Positions 49,331-63,153 of a DNA stretch of 64,000 bases are shown in pieces. Made by a program: the position numbers and the translations under genes. This DNA comes from Octopus sinensis (taxonomy: Eukaryota): positions 159,960,001 through 160,024,000 of the forward strand of contig NC_042998.1 of the NCBI RefSeq assembly GCF_006345805.1, in the 5' to 3' direction. The notes under the pieces are model-generated. The model did not search any database, had not been told where the DNA came from, and worked only from the letters and a program-made list of their open reading frames with translations. Every line of letters starts with the position of its first letter. Position 1 is the first letter of the stretch.

Positions 49331-50509
49331 GTGTGTGTGCTACCATATATATGACTGACCTCCATATAGTTTAGTTTCCACTTTCAACTCAGTAGATACT
49401 GGTGAACCTAATGGTATGGTAGAAGTCTTACCAAAAATGTCATTCATTGGCATTTAATGTAGAATCAAGTGTTGAAAAGAAAGCTTCTTATGCACAGTTT
49501 GGTATGCACAAACACACACACACTCAACAGGAATAGCGATTCAAAGAAAAAACAGAACTCATAGTGACTCCCTGCTGGGTGTCTAGCAGTCCAGAAGGTT
49601 GTAGCTGAGATTAGGATATTGTCCATGAAATGTTCTCTCAAGAACTATAGCTATGGACCTATATGCATTTTTATACAGTTGTATGATGCAGTTTACAAAA
49701 CAGCTGTTAACAAATGGAATAAGTATTTCATCTCTCACTTCTTTGAATTTTGGTTAATTAAGGTGTGTGTGCGTGTGTATTTATATATTTGTGTGTGTGT
49801 ATGTATTTATATTATGATTATATACATGCACACACAAATATGAATGCTATGCAAGCAGACATACGCTCTATACACACAGACATAAGCATGTATATTGAAT
49901 AAAATGGAACATGAACCACAGAGAAATACTTTCTATACTAAGGTTAAAATCATCATCATCATCACAATCACCATCTCATTTATGAGATTTTCCTATTTCT
50001 ACTCTATAACTAATTTTGCTGAGAGTCATAATTAAAGACAAAAATATTTCCATTGACTATCTGTGAATGTGTTATATATATGTATGATATATATATATAT
50101 ATATTCTTCCGCACTTAGTAATTGTACTTATATGTTTTGTATTAAAGTATGACTATAATGTGTCATTTTAATACATTTCTTTCAAGTTTTTTTTTCTCTG
50201 CTTCTAAATATTCCTTTTTTATTGTATCATGAACTGTATTTTAATAACATTGAAGTTACAGAGATGTTTCAAGTGCTCTACTGATATAAAAGATTTGCTA
50301 TTTGAAATTAGTTTGATGATGTTGTCATCATTGTATTCTTGTCTGTTTTAAAAATGCTCTGTGTTTCTTAAACATAACCTAATTAATGCTCTCATTTAGT
50401 ATTGTGTAGTGACTCAGTTTAAATAATCCAAGATGTTATAGTTATAAAGTTTGCTTCTTTTTTCTTTACTGAGAAATGACTCTATAGTTTGTAAGAAAAT
50501 ACATTGCAG

Positions 50510-50664
50510 GTATGGCTGTGTGGTAAGAAGCTTGCATCCCAATCACATGGTTCCAGTTTCAGTCTTTCTGTGTTTCTCTTTGGGCAAATGTCTTCTACTA
50601 TAGCGGGGTGACCAAAGTTTTGAGTGGATTTGGAAGACAGAAATTGAAAGAGGCCTATCATATA

Positions 50665-50716
<52 letters not shown>

Positions 50717-50935
50717 CATACATACTGTTTTTATGAGTGTGTTTGTGTTTGTCCCCCATGACTGTTTGACAACTGGTATTGGCTTGTTTGCATCACTGTA
50801 ACTTAGCAGTTCAGCAAAAGAGAGTGATAGAATAAGTAGTGATTAAAATCATTTGTTTAAAATCCTTCAATGTGGTGGCCCAGCATGGCCACAATCTAGT
50901 GACTAAAACATAAGCAGAAAGATAAAAAGATAAGA
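50510..50935 (+). mobile_element. tRNA-derived SINE (4493 family), diverged
   Basis: Head ggctgtgtggtaagaagcttgc, internal (CA)(TA), tail. Confidence 0.75.
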
Positions 50936-51529
50936 AATATATCATCATCGTTTTTGTCATTGTTAGTTTAGAACCTTATGTATGCCAGGTTGGCAGATAT
51001 TTGATAAATGCACTACACATAATTTCACCATGCATTTTAATCCTTATCCACTTTTATGTTCCTTTCTGTAAGATTTTATTTAATCCTTTTCTCCAAAGAT
51101 TTTTCTGATTATTCTACTTAACATATACCAGCTATTTTCATTAAACATCTGTGCCAGTGCAGCTGGTCAACTTGTTACTGATAAATGACAAATTCTTTAA
51201 TGTCTTTTTCAGATTTAAATAGGCTAGTCTCTTCTTGATCAATCTTCAACAGCTTCCTGATTATCATTATTAAATGTGAATGCAGTGATTTAGGTTTGAT
51301 TCCTAGGCATTGGGTTGGTGTTTGAGACTCTGCAACTAATCCTGTGACACATTGATAACTTTGATATCCAGTTATTTTTTCAACCCATTCCTCACATCCA
51401 ATAGCTCATATTTCTTCAATAACTAGAAATCGTCTATTACCTTCGTTTCAATGAAACAGATGTTACATGTCTTATACAATGCTCTGAAAGATTACATTTT
51501 TATACTGAAAGAGGGTGGGAAGGAGTGAA

Positions 51530-51960
51530 ATTCAAGGAATTTTTACTTCAGCTGCTAACAAAAGGGTTCTCTCTCGGAATAAAGGGTAGATTGTATGATG
51601 ACCATATGAAGTGTGGCTGCATGAAAGTGAGACATAGACCTTGAATGTAGAAAATTTACAAAAGCTTGAAAGAAATGAAATGAATATTCACTTTAGGTGA
51701 ACAACAGAGCACAAATGGGTTAAACAAAAGCACGATATAAAAGGAATCAGATATAGTACACAAGAGAGAAGACTGTACTTTATGGGTATGTGAGGCATAT
51801 GGAAGGTGTTAATTGTATGAGAAGTGCCATATGCTCAAGGTGAATAAAACCTGTGAAAGAAGACCTCAGAAACATGAGGTGGAGTGGCAAAGGTTGTTCT
51901 CATGAAGGAGATGCTAAAAGACCCCGAGTTTTAACATGCAGGTTTGTTCACTTGTGTAAG
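51530..51960 (+). pseudogene. Old RTE RT C-terminal remnant
   Basis: ctaacaaaagggttctctctcggaataaagggtagattgtatgatg matches the LLVTKGLSLRVKGRLYDA region of 39790-39845. Confidence 0.65.
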
Positions 51961-53949
51961 CATAGTAAATGGTGTTGATTTTTTCTTCCTTCCATCATAA
52001 TGAAGGATGACATAAAATTCATTCTTATTCAATATCTCCTACCATCACCCCTCTTCTATTGCTATCCATTATTTACTCAACCCTCATGTCACTCTTTATT
52101 GATATCTACTACTCCTTCTTACTATCACCCATCTCTATTTCTATCTATCTTCTACTTTCTCTTGCCATCACTCATTTTTTTTTATCTTGCAATCCTTCAC
52201 TCTCTATCAAGACTTCCTTTCCTACCATACAGCTTATGGTCCTTTTGTATTCAGTTTTCCTATCAACAACTAGCATGTAGCTGCCTGTCACTGTTACTAC
52301 ATTTCTGACTCTCTACTCTTAATATTGTGTTTCTAGCATCATATTTACTCTTCTTCAACCTCTCATCCTGATTTTTCTTTGCCACCACCCTCTCTTCTAT
52401 TCAACCTTCTGGTCATGTTTGTCTTGAATGAACACAGACAGATAGGACTCTTCGGAGTAGGTTAGGATAAGGCTACCTTTCTAATGCTGGTATTATGATA
52501 AAATGTATCCACAACACCCTGTAAAGTGGTTAGCAAACAAATAATAGTAACATTGGATCAAGAGAACTCTTTAGGCATGCTGAGGACATGACAACCCCTC
52601 AACAACTAGTAAACTGTCAAGTTGGTGGTGTTAGGAAGGATGTCAAGATACAGAAATCATGCTAAAAATGAAATGTACAAGCAAGTTGTGAACCTCAGAT
52701 CATCCAGAAGGGCAGTAATTCCAAATAACAGCTGATTCAATGACAACCTGTTCCATCCATGCCAGCTTTGAAAGCAAGCATAAATATTTATTCATTTACT
52801 TGTTTCATTCATTTGACTGAGGCCAGGTTTCAATACATCATACTCTGCTATTGTCATTATTTATCTTCTGCCATCACCCTCTCTTCTGTTCCCCTTCTTT
52901 GTCATGTTGCTTTGAATGAATGCTGATTCTATCTGAGAATTATTAAATTGAGTTATACATGACTATAGAATGTTCAGTTACTTAACATGCTAATTCAAAG
53001 AGTTCAGTCAATTGAACAATAGGATAGTCAGTATTGAAGCACACATATGGCCATATTACAACAGACATGGGCATGACCATAAAGACATAAGCATGGCATT
53101 AAGGGGGCAGGTTTGAGCTTACAGGTGCAGGCATAGGCATACAGCACAGGCATAGCTCTATAGGTGGAGGCATAGCTGTGTGGTTAAGAGTTTGCTTGTT
53201 AACCACACGACTATTTGGTTTTGGGTTCAATCAACTGTGTGGCACTTAGGTAACCACTGTTTTTTATTATAGCCCCAGGCAAACCAAAGCTGTGTGAATG
53301 AATTTGCTTGGCAGCAACTGAAAGAAGCCCATTGGCCATATCAAGTTCTTGAGAAGACCTGTTCACATCAGCAAAACTGAGTTCTAGAAGTGCTATGTGT
53401 TCTACCCATGCATACTCTACCCCAACACACCAAACTACATCTCTTCTCTTCCTCACATTCCTTCTTTTATGTACTATGCTTATCTCTCACTCCTCAATCT
53501 TATCTCACTGTATCATTGCTATCCTGTAGTCCCCCAACCCCTCTATATACCAAGGTTCTCACCAATCACTGAATTCCCCACTCCACTTGCTTCTTTGGCA
53601 ATACTCTGCTACTCATATTATGACCTTTGTGATCTGAGGATATGTCCTGGCACTTGCCTCTATCTATATTTCTCTTCCTTTAATATTCATTCATGTTCTG
53701 ATCCCCATTCCTTATATGCCCTGGAACTTTGCCACCATCTCTCTCCTGCTGTCTTCCACCCTCTTTCTCTTGCTCTTCCCTCTGGCTGAGTAATAATGTA
53801 TCTCCTTTACAGCAGCACACCTGTTTCTGTCCTCATTCTTGATCACACTCTCTCTGGCTGGGTAACCATATACCTCCTCTACAACACTATAACCTTTCAA
53901 CATTTGACACAAAATTACTCCCTCCAAGCCCCCTCCCCTCTCAAAGGAT

Positions 53950-54240
53950 CTTTGTCTTGCAAGTTACTTGGTGACACTGCCAGTGCTGGCACCATGTAAA
54001 AAAGCATCTGGTCCATATTGTAAAGTGGTTGGCACTCGGAAGGTCATCCAACTGTAAAAACCTTACCAAAACTGACCTCGCCTGTGCTAGTGCCATGTGA
54101 AAAGCATAGTCCACTCTGCAGCTGTAAAAATTGTGCCAAAACAGACACAGAAGTCTGGTGCAGTCTTCTGCCTGGCCACCTTCTGTCAGATCATCCAACT
54201 CATGCCAGCATGGAAGGTGGACATTAAATGATGATGTTAT
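53950..54240 (+). mobile_element. RTE 3'UTR/tail, diverged
   Basis: aagtggttggcactcggaagg...catgccagcatggaaggtggacattaaatgatgatg. Confidence 0.75.
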
Positions 54241-54799
54241 ATATATATGTATCTTCACATATCTATCTAGATATAAATATGTATGCATGTGTTTGTGTGA
54301 GTGATTTTGTGGTTTCCCATGTCTTCACATGTGGTCACTGATCTTAAACAATGGCCTTGCTGTTCACACAGTGCATGCCATTTATACATAGTCCATTGCA
54401 AAAGCATGTTTTGGTTTCTTGACATGTTGTGTGATCTTTGTAATGAAAAGACTCATTCATATGGTGTTGTTTATTTCCAGTTCTTCATGTAACCACATCT
54501 GGGTTGTTTGTTGTTTTATGGACTGGGAAATTATTACCTAATTTGGAAACAGGCATGAGTTGGCATTAGGAAGAATATCTGGCTGGAACAAACTCCACCT
54601 TAATGTACCCATCTGATCCATTGCAAATATGGAAAAATAGGCATTAAGACTATGATGATGATGATGGCAGTTCTTTGTGTTCAAAGATCATAAGAGCAGC
54701 AAGCCCTCATGTGGCCAAGTAAACTGATACTTGAATGACAGGCTCTGGCACACTTGGGGTAAATATGTAGGCTGTGGTTAGATAGAGGTCATGACAGTG

Positions 54800-55500
54800 A
54801 CTCTTTCCTTCTTTGGTGTTTCTTATCTGCTGAAATTGCTCTTGCTTTAGCAAAGTTGCTTGCGGCAATCTTGATGCAGTCTCACCACACCTCCCTCTGT
54901 GGTGCGACTCCCTTTCAACCTGTAGGGTCTTGTCTTGCCTGGGTGAGCTGGCATTTCAATTGGTCTTTGAAATGTTTTCTGAGTCTCATCTGTAACTTTT
55001 TTCCTGGTTGCACTTGCTGTAGAATGCAGCCTTCTGCATTCTGAATTTGTCTGTGTATGAGATTATGGCCTGTCCATGTAAGTTACCTGAAGAGCAGCAT
55101 ATCTTAAGTGTTTGGGCTTTAGGCCTGCTAGAAGTCTTTGTTGTTGGTGATGTGTCCCTTCCATTTGATGTCCATGATAGAGGGAAAGCACTTTTGGTGA
55201 AAGTGCTGCTTAACCTCCTTCCTGTAAAGCACCCAAACTTCTGATCCATAAATAAGTGATGACAACTGCCTTTTTAGATTTTAATCTTGGTGGACAGGTG
55301 CAGTACACAGTTCTGCAGACATCCAAAGGAAGTGTTGGCTTTGGTGATGCAGTTGTCAATATCCATTTTACGGTTGCATCAGTAGAAATGATGCTCCTTG
55401 GATAGGTGAAGTGGTTGACAGTGTTGAAGGGGTGTCCTTTGATGCTAATGTATTTGAACTTTCTGGCCTTCTTCAGTTGACAGTCGTTTTGCTAGTGTCA
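54800..55500 (-). pseudogene. Decayed LINE RT C-terminus of a different RTE-like family
   Basis: Minus strand ISIKGHPFNTVNHFTYP.SIISTDATV..DIDNCITKANTSFG.L...LSTKIKI...YGSEVW. Confidence 0.75.
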
Positions 55501-55620
55501 GAATTTCAAACCAGATCTTTTTTTAAAACTCCATTGTTCTTTCTGTATTACTTTTCTAGGGATATTCTCCTAGATGTAATGTTACAAGCTCATCCTGCTT
55601 GAGCCACAGTATATATATAT

Positions 55621-55760
55621 TTGGCGTTAGGAAGGGCATCCAGCTGTAGAAACATTGCCAGATAAGACTGGAGCCTGGTGCAGCCTTCTGGCTTCCCAGA
55701 TCCCCGGTCGAACCGTCCAACCCATGCTAGCATGGAGAACGGACGTTAAACGATGATGAT
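55621..55760 (+). mobile_element. Short RTE-tail SINE
   Basis: Near-identical to 43833-44005. Confidence 0.85.
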
Positions 55761-56999
55761 GTATAGAAATTGACTGTCATTGGGATAGCGTTCATATCAC
55801 TAACTGTATTATTACATCTAATCAATACATAATCACTGACCAATATCTCGTGGGACAATTAGGTAATAGAAATTAGGACCGTTAAATCTAACATTTTAAT
55901 ATTTTTCAGTTTCTTTTTTTATGGCTATAGCTTCCATGTTCTTGTTTTAATTAAAACTCCCATATGGTATTCATTTCTATGCTAAACCCACTGAAGAGGG
56001 TATTAGAGAAAACCCAATATATGCACTGATTCTTTCACTAATTCTCCACACACATGCGTGTGTGAATGCAAATATATATGCACGTGTGAATACAAACAAG
56101 CTCTGCCAAGGGCGAAACTGAACTGTGAACTGTCAACTTTTGATATAGAACAATATAATGTAACATATGTATATGAATGTAAGTATATATATATATTCCT
56201 CCAATAAAGCAAATGAAATATTGATGTTCAGCAGGTTGTCCTTGTTAACAAATGGTGACCAGTTGTTACAGGAAATATATATGTATATATGTGTGTGTGT
56301 GATTTACGTGTGCACGTGTTTTTTTGTATCTCTCTGTATATATATATATATATCTATATATAATACATATATATATATATATACACACACGCATTCACGC
56401 TATAATACACACACACTAGATATTTGGGTTTATGAGAGAATTAATGACCTTTCTTTTTTATTAGTATAACTGTTAACATACAAGTCAATAATTGTGAACA
56501 AAGGTATAAATAAAAATTATGAATATAAATTAAATATGAAAATTATACCATATCAATAAATAATTATCTTAGAAGAGAAAGTGAAAAATAATAAGTTGAT
56601 TCGAAGAGGATATAGTATATAAACATAGTAATGAATTGTATTTCATTGTGAGATTAGATGCATTTACGAAGTGGGAGTGAGAGATGAGGAAGCAAAGTGT
56701 GACATTGAAGTTGAGTGGGACTCCATAGTAATAAACGTTGGCATGGTTGCTAGTTTAATTGAGCAATGGAGAACTGGAGAATTATCTCCCCGCCGTTAAC
56801 GTCTGTCTTTGGGCAGGGATTTTTTTCTCTCATTTAATCATTTTCCTTTCATTATTCATCGGACGATACGCATTATTTGGAGTTTTTTTTTGCTTTTATG
56901 CATATTTATTCTTTGAATCTCAGAATGAAAGATGAGTAAATTCAATGAAATTAATTTTTTTAATTTTTAAAATTCAATGAAATTTTTTTCCCTACGTTT

Positions 57000-57659
57000 T
57001 CCTAGAAAGGCTCAAAGACAACATAAAAAAACCGCCCGACATCTTTAAACAGCTCGCTTTGATTGTCCTCCTACTCTTCCGCCTTCAGTTTCGTCATTGT
57101 TATCTCTGCCTCCTCCTCTTGTTCTTTCTCTAGTGTTATTTTGAACCGCCCACCACTTTTCAAATATTGCAGTCTCTATTTCTTCTTGACGTGTAGTACT
57201 TTTTTGCCATTCTCACTCTCTATCTGTCTTTTCCCCCTATTGTTCCGTTTCCTCTCGATTCTCTTCTCTAATTATATTTTCCGAGTGCTCTCTTTCTCTT
57301 TCCTCATCATCTATACTTTTCTCTTTTGCCTCCCTTTTTCTAGCTCCCTTTCTAGTTTCCTAACCGCTTGTTTGCACTTCCTTCTCCTTCTACCCTTGTG
57401 CTCCCTTTCTCTCTATCTTTTCCTCTCTCTCTGACTCACTTTCTATCTTCGTGACCGTTTGATTGTTCTTTCGCCTCCTCCTTCTCCCACTAAACGTTAT
57501 ACTCCAACTTCTTTGATACAGTATACTCCGCCTGTTACCACATTTCTAAAAACGACAACCGAGTGTAGCTTCGGTGTTGCTTAACTCCTTCACTCACACA
57601 CACACGCAAAACATTGAGGGAGAGAGTGAGAGAAAGTCTTAGTCACGATTACAGCAGCG
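57000..57659 (+). promoter_or_regulatory. Putative promoter/5'UTR of the hnRNP M-like gene; CpG-richer with a ~430-bp CT-rich tract
   Basis: Pyrimidine-rich + strand 57060-57490, CpGs retained, no TEs, immediately upstream of the ATG at 57660. Confidence 0.6.
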
Positions 57660-57730
57660 ATGTCCGACTGCGAAAAAAGTGAGAAAAATTCGAGGGCAAG
57701 TTCGCCCAATGCAGAAAACAACCGTTACAG
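57660..57730 (+). CDS. HNRNPM/MYEF2: hnRNP M/MYEF2-like, exon 1 (MSDCEKSEKNSRASSPNAENNRY-R)
   Basis: ATG at 57660, AG|gtaaaa donor, phase 2 matches the exon at 62816; intervening exons cannot be excluded. Confidence 0.7.
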
Positions 57731-60700
57731 GTAAAACCAATATGATATTTATTATTTATTCCAAACAACTCCATTCACTGTTATCCTCACTTTGCTTAAT
57801 GAAAGCAAACAAAACAGTAGGCGTTTATCCGTTTCTTACAGTGTCGTTTATCTTCACCTTCTTCACTTCTCTGTTAGCGAATTTTCAACTGAAAAATGAA
57901 GAAAATTTCGTTTGTCATTAACTATTTGCTTATGTCTTTTGTCAATGGTTATTTTGTCCTTTTTCAAGTCTTATTTTTCTACCTAAAAGGGTGGCCGAGA
58001 AGTGAGGGATCGTCTCTCTGTTATTCTGTATCTAGTAACAAGTCTGCCATTTTGTGACCACTCCTTGTTACTGTAATACGACAATGGCGACTGTTCCAGC
58101 AGGTTATGTATTAACGTGGAATAGTAGCATATTTTAAATAGTCTTCCTTCTTTGAAATATCGGCTGTGGTTTCCCCTTATCCTGAGTTTAACCATAATTC
58201 TCTATCAGTCAGCGTTTCCTGTGATTAACCTACATTTATATGTTCGAAACAACGAACAGTCAAGTGTGCTGATCCCCCATTTTGCGGCCATATTCAGGCT
58301 GACGCGCCAAGCCGCTAGTCTCTTACAAAAAAAAAATATTGATTTTATTTTTTAATGTCTTCTGTTTGCTATTTTTCTTTAATTCTATCTAGCTTGTTTT
58401 CCACCAGAACAATTCTTACAACCTGTTTTTATAGTATTTTACACCATACATATGGTAATGCTATTTTATATATATTTTTCTCAAAATTTCAAACCGCCTC
58501 TCCAAAATGGACGCCACCGTTCCACTCGTGCTCTCCACTTCCTCACTCTACATTATTTCATTAGCTAGTTTGTTGAGGTTATTCTTTTGGTAAATGAATG
58601 ATTTTTATTAAGCATATTTCTGTCTCTCTTTTATTGAAAATAAAGACAATTTTTATCCATTTTGTGCTGGGTTTTATCTCTACATACACACGCGACATAA
58701 CATGTATTTCCAACCATGTGTTTCTCAAAACCGGATGCAAAAATATTTCTTACATAAAAGGGTGTAAAAAAAAACTCTACATGTTTAGATATAAACGAAA
58801 AATAAATGTATTCGCTTCCTGGTTTTATTTTGTAAATAAGATACTGAAATCACTTTTATCTGTAGTGGTCGGTCCACAATTTTGAAACATTTAAATGAAA
58901 TGGAGTAATGTCAATTGCCTTTTTAATTTTTGGGTTATTTGCATGAATATCAAAAGTTTTATACTACAGTCTCATTTCCTTGAATGTATTTGTGAAGGAC
59001 ACCTATTAATCATACCTTCTCTTGTCCGGAAGTATATACGATGCTTAGATTGTTGCTGAAATTGAAGTAATTTCAGTAATATTGGGCAGTTAGTTTAAAA
59101 GTTGAAACCTATTGGCAACATTTCCTTGAATCTTTCTCGTCAATCGACCCATTCACATGTTAAATGGGCAAAATTTATTTAAAAAGAACTCTAAATGCAA
59201 AGCATACAAATACAAAACTGAAACTTTTGTTACTCATCCAATCCTTTTTCAATGTAGTATAAGTCAGTATATTTAAGCCTTTATTTACTTTAAATGTCTC
59301 CAAGATTGGGTCATTAATTAGATTTTGGGAAAGAAGTGGTGCTTTAGTTTCCAGGTTCAGTAATTTTGTGGAATTTTTCCGAAGGACGCAACCATTTAGT
59401 GGCGAGATGTCACTTGCCAACATGGTTTTAGATCTCAATTTACAAGTTGTAATTTGAATAATATCCTATAAAATGACAGGACTGCTAACCTCGACCTATT
59501 TAGACCGCAAGATGTTCATTATCTACGTTTTGTTTCTTATTAGTATATAACGCCTTTTTTGTTGTTGTCTAGTTTAATATTGAATTGATAATTTAAATGT
59601 AGAAGTAATTTCATTAATGAAATTTAAAGACAAATTTATCTCGTATCTTCATTTCTGTTAACTACTGTTACATATCCTCCTGTAATAGGGAGTGCAAGAA
59701 CTGGTCTTTTTTACGATGTAATTTCACCTTCAAGGAATGATCGTAATTTGATATTGCTTTAGTTTTGTCAAACAATGACAAACTTAAATATGTTAGTTTA
59801 TTTATCTAATCATTTAAATAGTATTTTGTTTGCCTCGCAAAATTATCGATATCTAACTTATGTCTACATTTGAGTGCATTTTGCAGTCACACAGATTTCG
59901 AACTAGTGAATGTTTATAACGATTAATTATTACCTGTTTTTTCGAAATTCTACATATGCTGAAAATAGCGGTGTTGAGTTCCTGCTAAGGCACTCTTTCA
60001 TCACCAAACTGAGTGAAAACCTTAAAGCTGTTAAGTTTTCTGTAATTTAAAAGTTAGTGGTGGCGCAACAATTGTGAAATTTCGTCAATGATTCATTAAG
60101 ATTGTGAATATGTATATTTTGTGCAATTCTGTTCTAGAATAAGTGAGGAATCGATCTCCGCACTATTTATCTATTCAATTCAGTGCTCCACCTTCTGAGT
60201 AGCTGTTTTTTCCTTCTTACCGGCCTCTGTTGCTTGGTAACTGGGGCGGTAAGAGTGAGTGCATTTATTATAGTAGCATTACTTAAAGGGATATGAATAC
60301 AGCAAACTAGAACTGACATTCACTTGGTTTAGTTTAAATTTTTTTTTCCCCGTTTAGATTAGTGAAAGTTGATTATGTAAATATTCTTGCCCCAAAATGA
60401 GTTTACTTGCAGTGGTGCTTAATCAATTTCATTAAAATAGATTGTGTTCTAAAGCGACAATAATTGAGAAGTAGTGAAATCGACCACTTGTCCGACCTGG
60501 CGAGTATGGTTGCTTAGTCAAAGAATATTTTTTAGTCATATTCTAGGTTTAGCATAAATAGTTGATTATATATCAAGTTTGCATTTTAACATCGATATTA
60601 TGGCGGTGATGCAGTTTCGGTTTCTCGTTTTATTAACGTCAATACGATGTGGCAGTAAAGATACATAAAAAGTGTGGAGGACGAAGAAAACGTACTTAGT

Positions 60701-62815
60701 TTTCGTAAATACGTAGTGTAAATACATACGTGTTACATATTCTGCATTGTTTTTCTTCCGGCTGGTTATAGAAACGTATATTTAGGGCATAACTATAGAT
60801 TGATGCTCCTACCTCTGACTTGCTTTCTTTATAACATTAAAAATGCATGTTTTTCAAGAAGTTTTACGATACGTTTTCGAGGGTAGATTACGATTGATAT
60901 CGAATTTTAATCATTCTCATCCCACCTGATTTTGTTTCTTCCTAACTCTCAATAGTATGCATATTATGAAATGAAATGTGCAGAAATACGTTTCGTACCT
61001 GGTGTTTCAAAGAAATCTTAAGGCTAAAGTTAGGGGAAGTGGTAAAAATTGGACGAAGAGAATGATCCAAAACGAAGTTATATTTTTAGTTTTTTTTTTT
61101 TTTTCTTAAATTTATCAATATGAGTATCCTTGAAAGCGTATCTGCTAAATTTTCATTAAAGAATATGCATTTTTCAAAAAGTTGTGTCGGAGGGGTGGAC
61201 ACCAATCAGCAGTTCCGATGATATTCTTAACAGCCGTTTGACACAAATTTAGTTTATCTTTTTTTTATTCGCGTCGGACCGCAGACTTGATCTCAGTCAT
61301 CAAAATAAATAAAAAGTAATGAAATGTTAAGTTTACAACAAAAATTGTTTTAAACTTAACTCAAACTTGAAAAATATACTTCGTCACCAGACCTAACTTT
61401 GTTAATCGCCAAAGGGGCGTTTTGATTCTAGTTCATAAGCTTTTGACACCCAGCTTCCAATTTAACGAGTCCATGTGAGTGGTTTTCCAATGATCTCACT
61501 ATCGTTTACGATGAAGAAATATTGTAAATCAGGAAATTGGAAGGCGTTGTGAACTCGTTTGTGAATATTTTAAAGATGCAAAAGTTTAGCGATACCAGTT
61601 ATTTTTAACGATGGCGGGAAAGATAAGTGAAAACCTAGTTATAATGAATGGTATCCTCAGACTCGTAATTGTGAGTCTGGTGATTCTATGATAGTTATGA
61701 TTTCTCGTTGCCTTTTCTAAACCCACGTGAAAAGTTAAAATTGGCGCTAAGCTAACGAATCATAAATTCTCACCGGTGCTCACAGATAACATACAAATAG
61801 TGTCGACTAGTAAGATAACTTTATCTGCTAGGCCAATCTTTTAATCTGTAATTATCGGTACGAGGGCAGTAGTCAAATTTTCGGCTGTGAATTATTAAAA
61901 AAAATTTTTTAGGTTAGTTTTGGAAAATTTATAATGGTTAACAGCTGGGGGTCAAGCTATTCAGTTATAGTTCATATATAGTTCAGTTATCGGAAAATGA
62001 AGCCAAGTTTGAATTGGTTTTGTTCAATTTTACTATAACCGTTATCTTTAGAATACGGTTTTTTGTTATAAAAAAACTTTATTAGTGTTTTGAAATAGAG
62101 TTGAGAATATTTTTTAATTTTATTATTCTGATTAGCTCATTCATCGTTGCCAACGTAATGTTTATAATATGAAGCTCAAAGTCGCACAAATCCTTTTAAA
62201 ATTAACCGTTGGCAAGTACATCAATGACAGTATTTCTCGGTTACAAGTTTTTGGTGGTGTCCTGTTTTAACTTTTTCATTTGAAAACTTTTTTTCTGGCA
62301 TTCAAATTGTGTTTGCAATGTCATTAACTGTTTTTTCTTTTTCCTCTAAAATGGTTTAATGAAGTTGCGTACATAAGAGCAATGAGAAATGACACTTTGA
62401 AGGTTTTAGGACCCTGGTCCATTCGGCTTTTCAGAATCCAATTTTTTGTCTTGAAGGTAAATTTAACCCTCAAGACCCACTGATTTCTGTAGTTTAAAAC
62501 AAATAGAGCAACTTTAGTTACACTACCAGTTGTGATTTGAACTCTTATATCAAAATTTGATGGTGCTTGTAGCAGTAAAGTTCGATAACAATTGGACTGG
62601 TAAGAAAAGTTGCTGAGATGAGTTAGGGGTTATGGTTTTCAGTTTGTATGCGGATTTTCTGAAATAGTCTGTATTGAAAACATAGATGTGTGCTAAAATG
62701 ACGCTCATAAAAACAATAAGGATAATGTAAGAAAGTAATTTACACATACTTCATGTCTTTCATTTACCATTTTAAGACACTTAGAAATTTTTTTTTATAT
62801 ATTTGGGTTTATTAG

Positions 62816-62976
62816 GTCTCCATCGGGATCTCGTTCCCGATCACCTGTTAGATCAAGGTCTAGATCTAAATCTCCAAGACGACGGCGAATAACAGTTAAT
62901 TCAAAGCGAGTCTATGTCTGCAATATTCCATATGAAATGAAATGGATGGAAATAAAGGATATTTTCAAAAAGGAAG
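62816..62976 (+). CDS. HNRNPM/MYEF2: hnRNP M/MYEF2-like, exon 2: RS-rich stretch and start of RRM1
   Basis: SPSGSRSRSPVRSRSRSKSPRRRRITVNSKRVYVCNIPYEMKWMEIKDIFKKE; resembles hnRNP M RAFITNIPFDVKWQSLKDL; AG/GT sites. Confidence 0.9.
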
Positions 62977-63092
62977 GTTGGTTCTTTTTAAATATTATTT
63001 TTAAGTAATTTAATATGTTGAACCACTTGTTGCTTAATTTTATCTTGTAAGTCTATGAAGTTTTTAAATGGAAAATATTAAAATTTTTGTAG

Positions 63093-63153
63093 TTGGTGAA
63101 GCTCCATATGTGGACATGATGGAAACTGTTGATGGAAAACCTAAAGGAGCATG
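63093..63153 (+). CDS. HNRNPM/MYEF2: hnRNP M/MYEF2-like, exon 3
   Basis: (V)GEAPYVDMMETVDGKPKGA(C); resembles VGEVTYVELLMDAEGKSRGCA; phases fit both neighbouring exons. Confidence 0.9.

Noticed and set aside
52381-52925. ~55-bp diverged direct repeats about 490 bp apart
   Set aside because: Low-complexity CT-rich sequence, too degenerate to interpret.
56960-57130. Divergent gene on the minus strand from the hnRNP M-like promoter
   Set aside because: Only a tiny ORF; the downstream coding-like region (54800-55500) is a LINE remnant.
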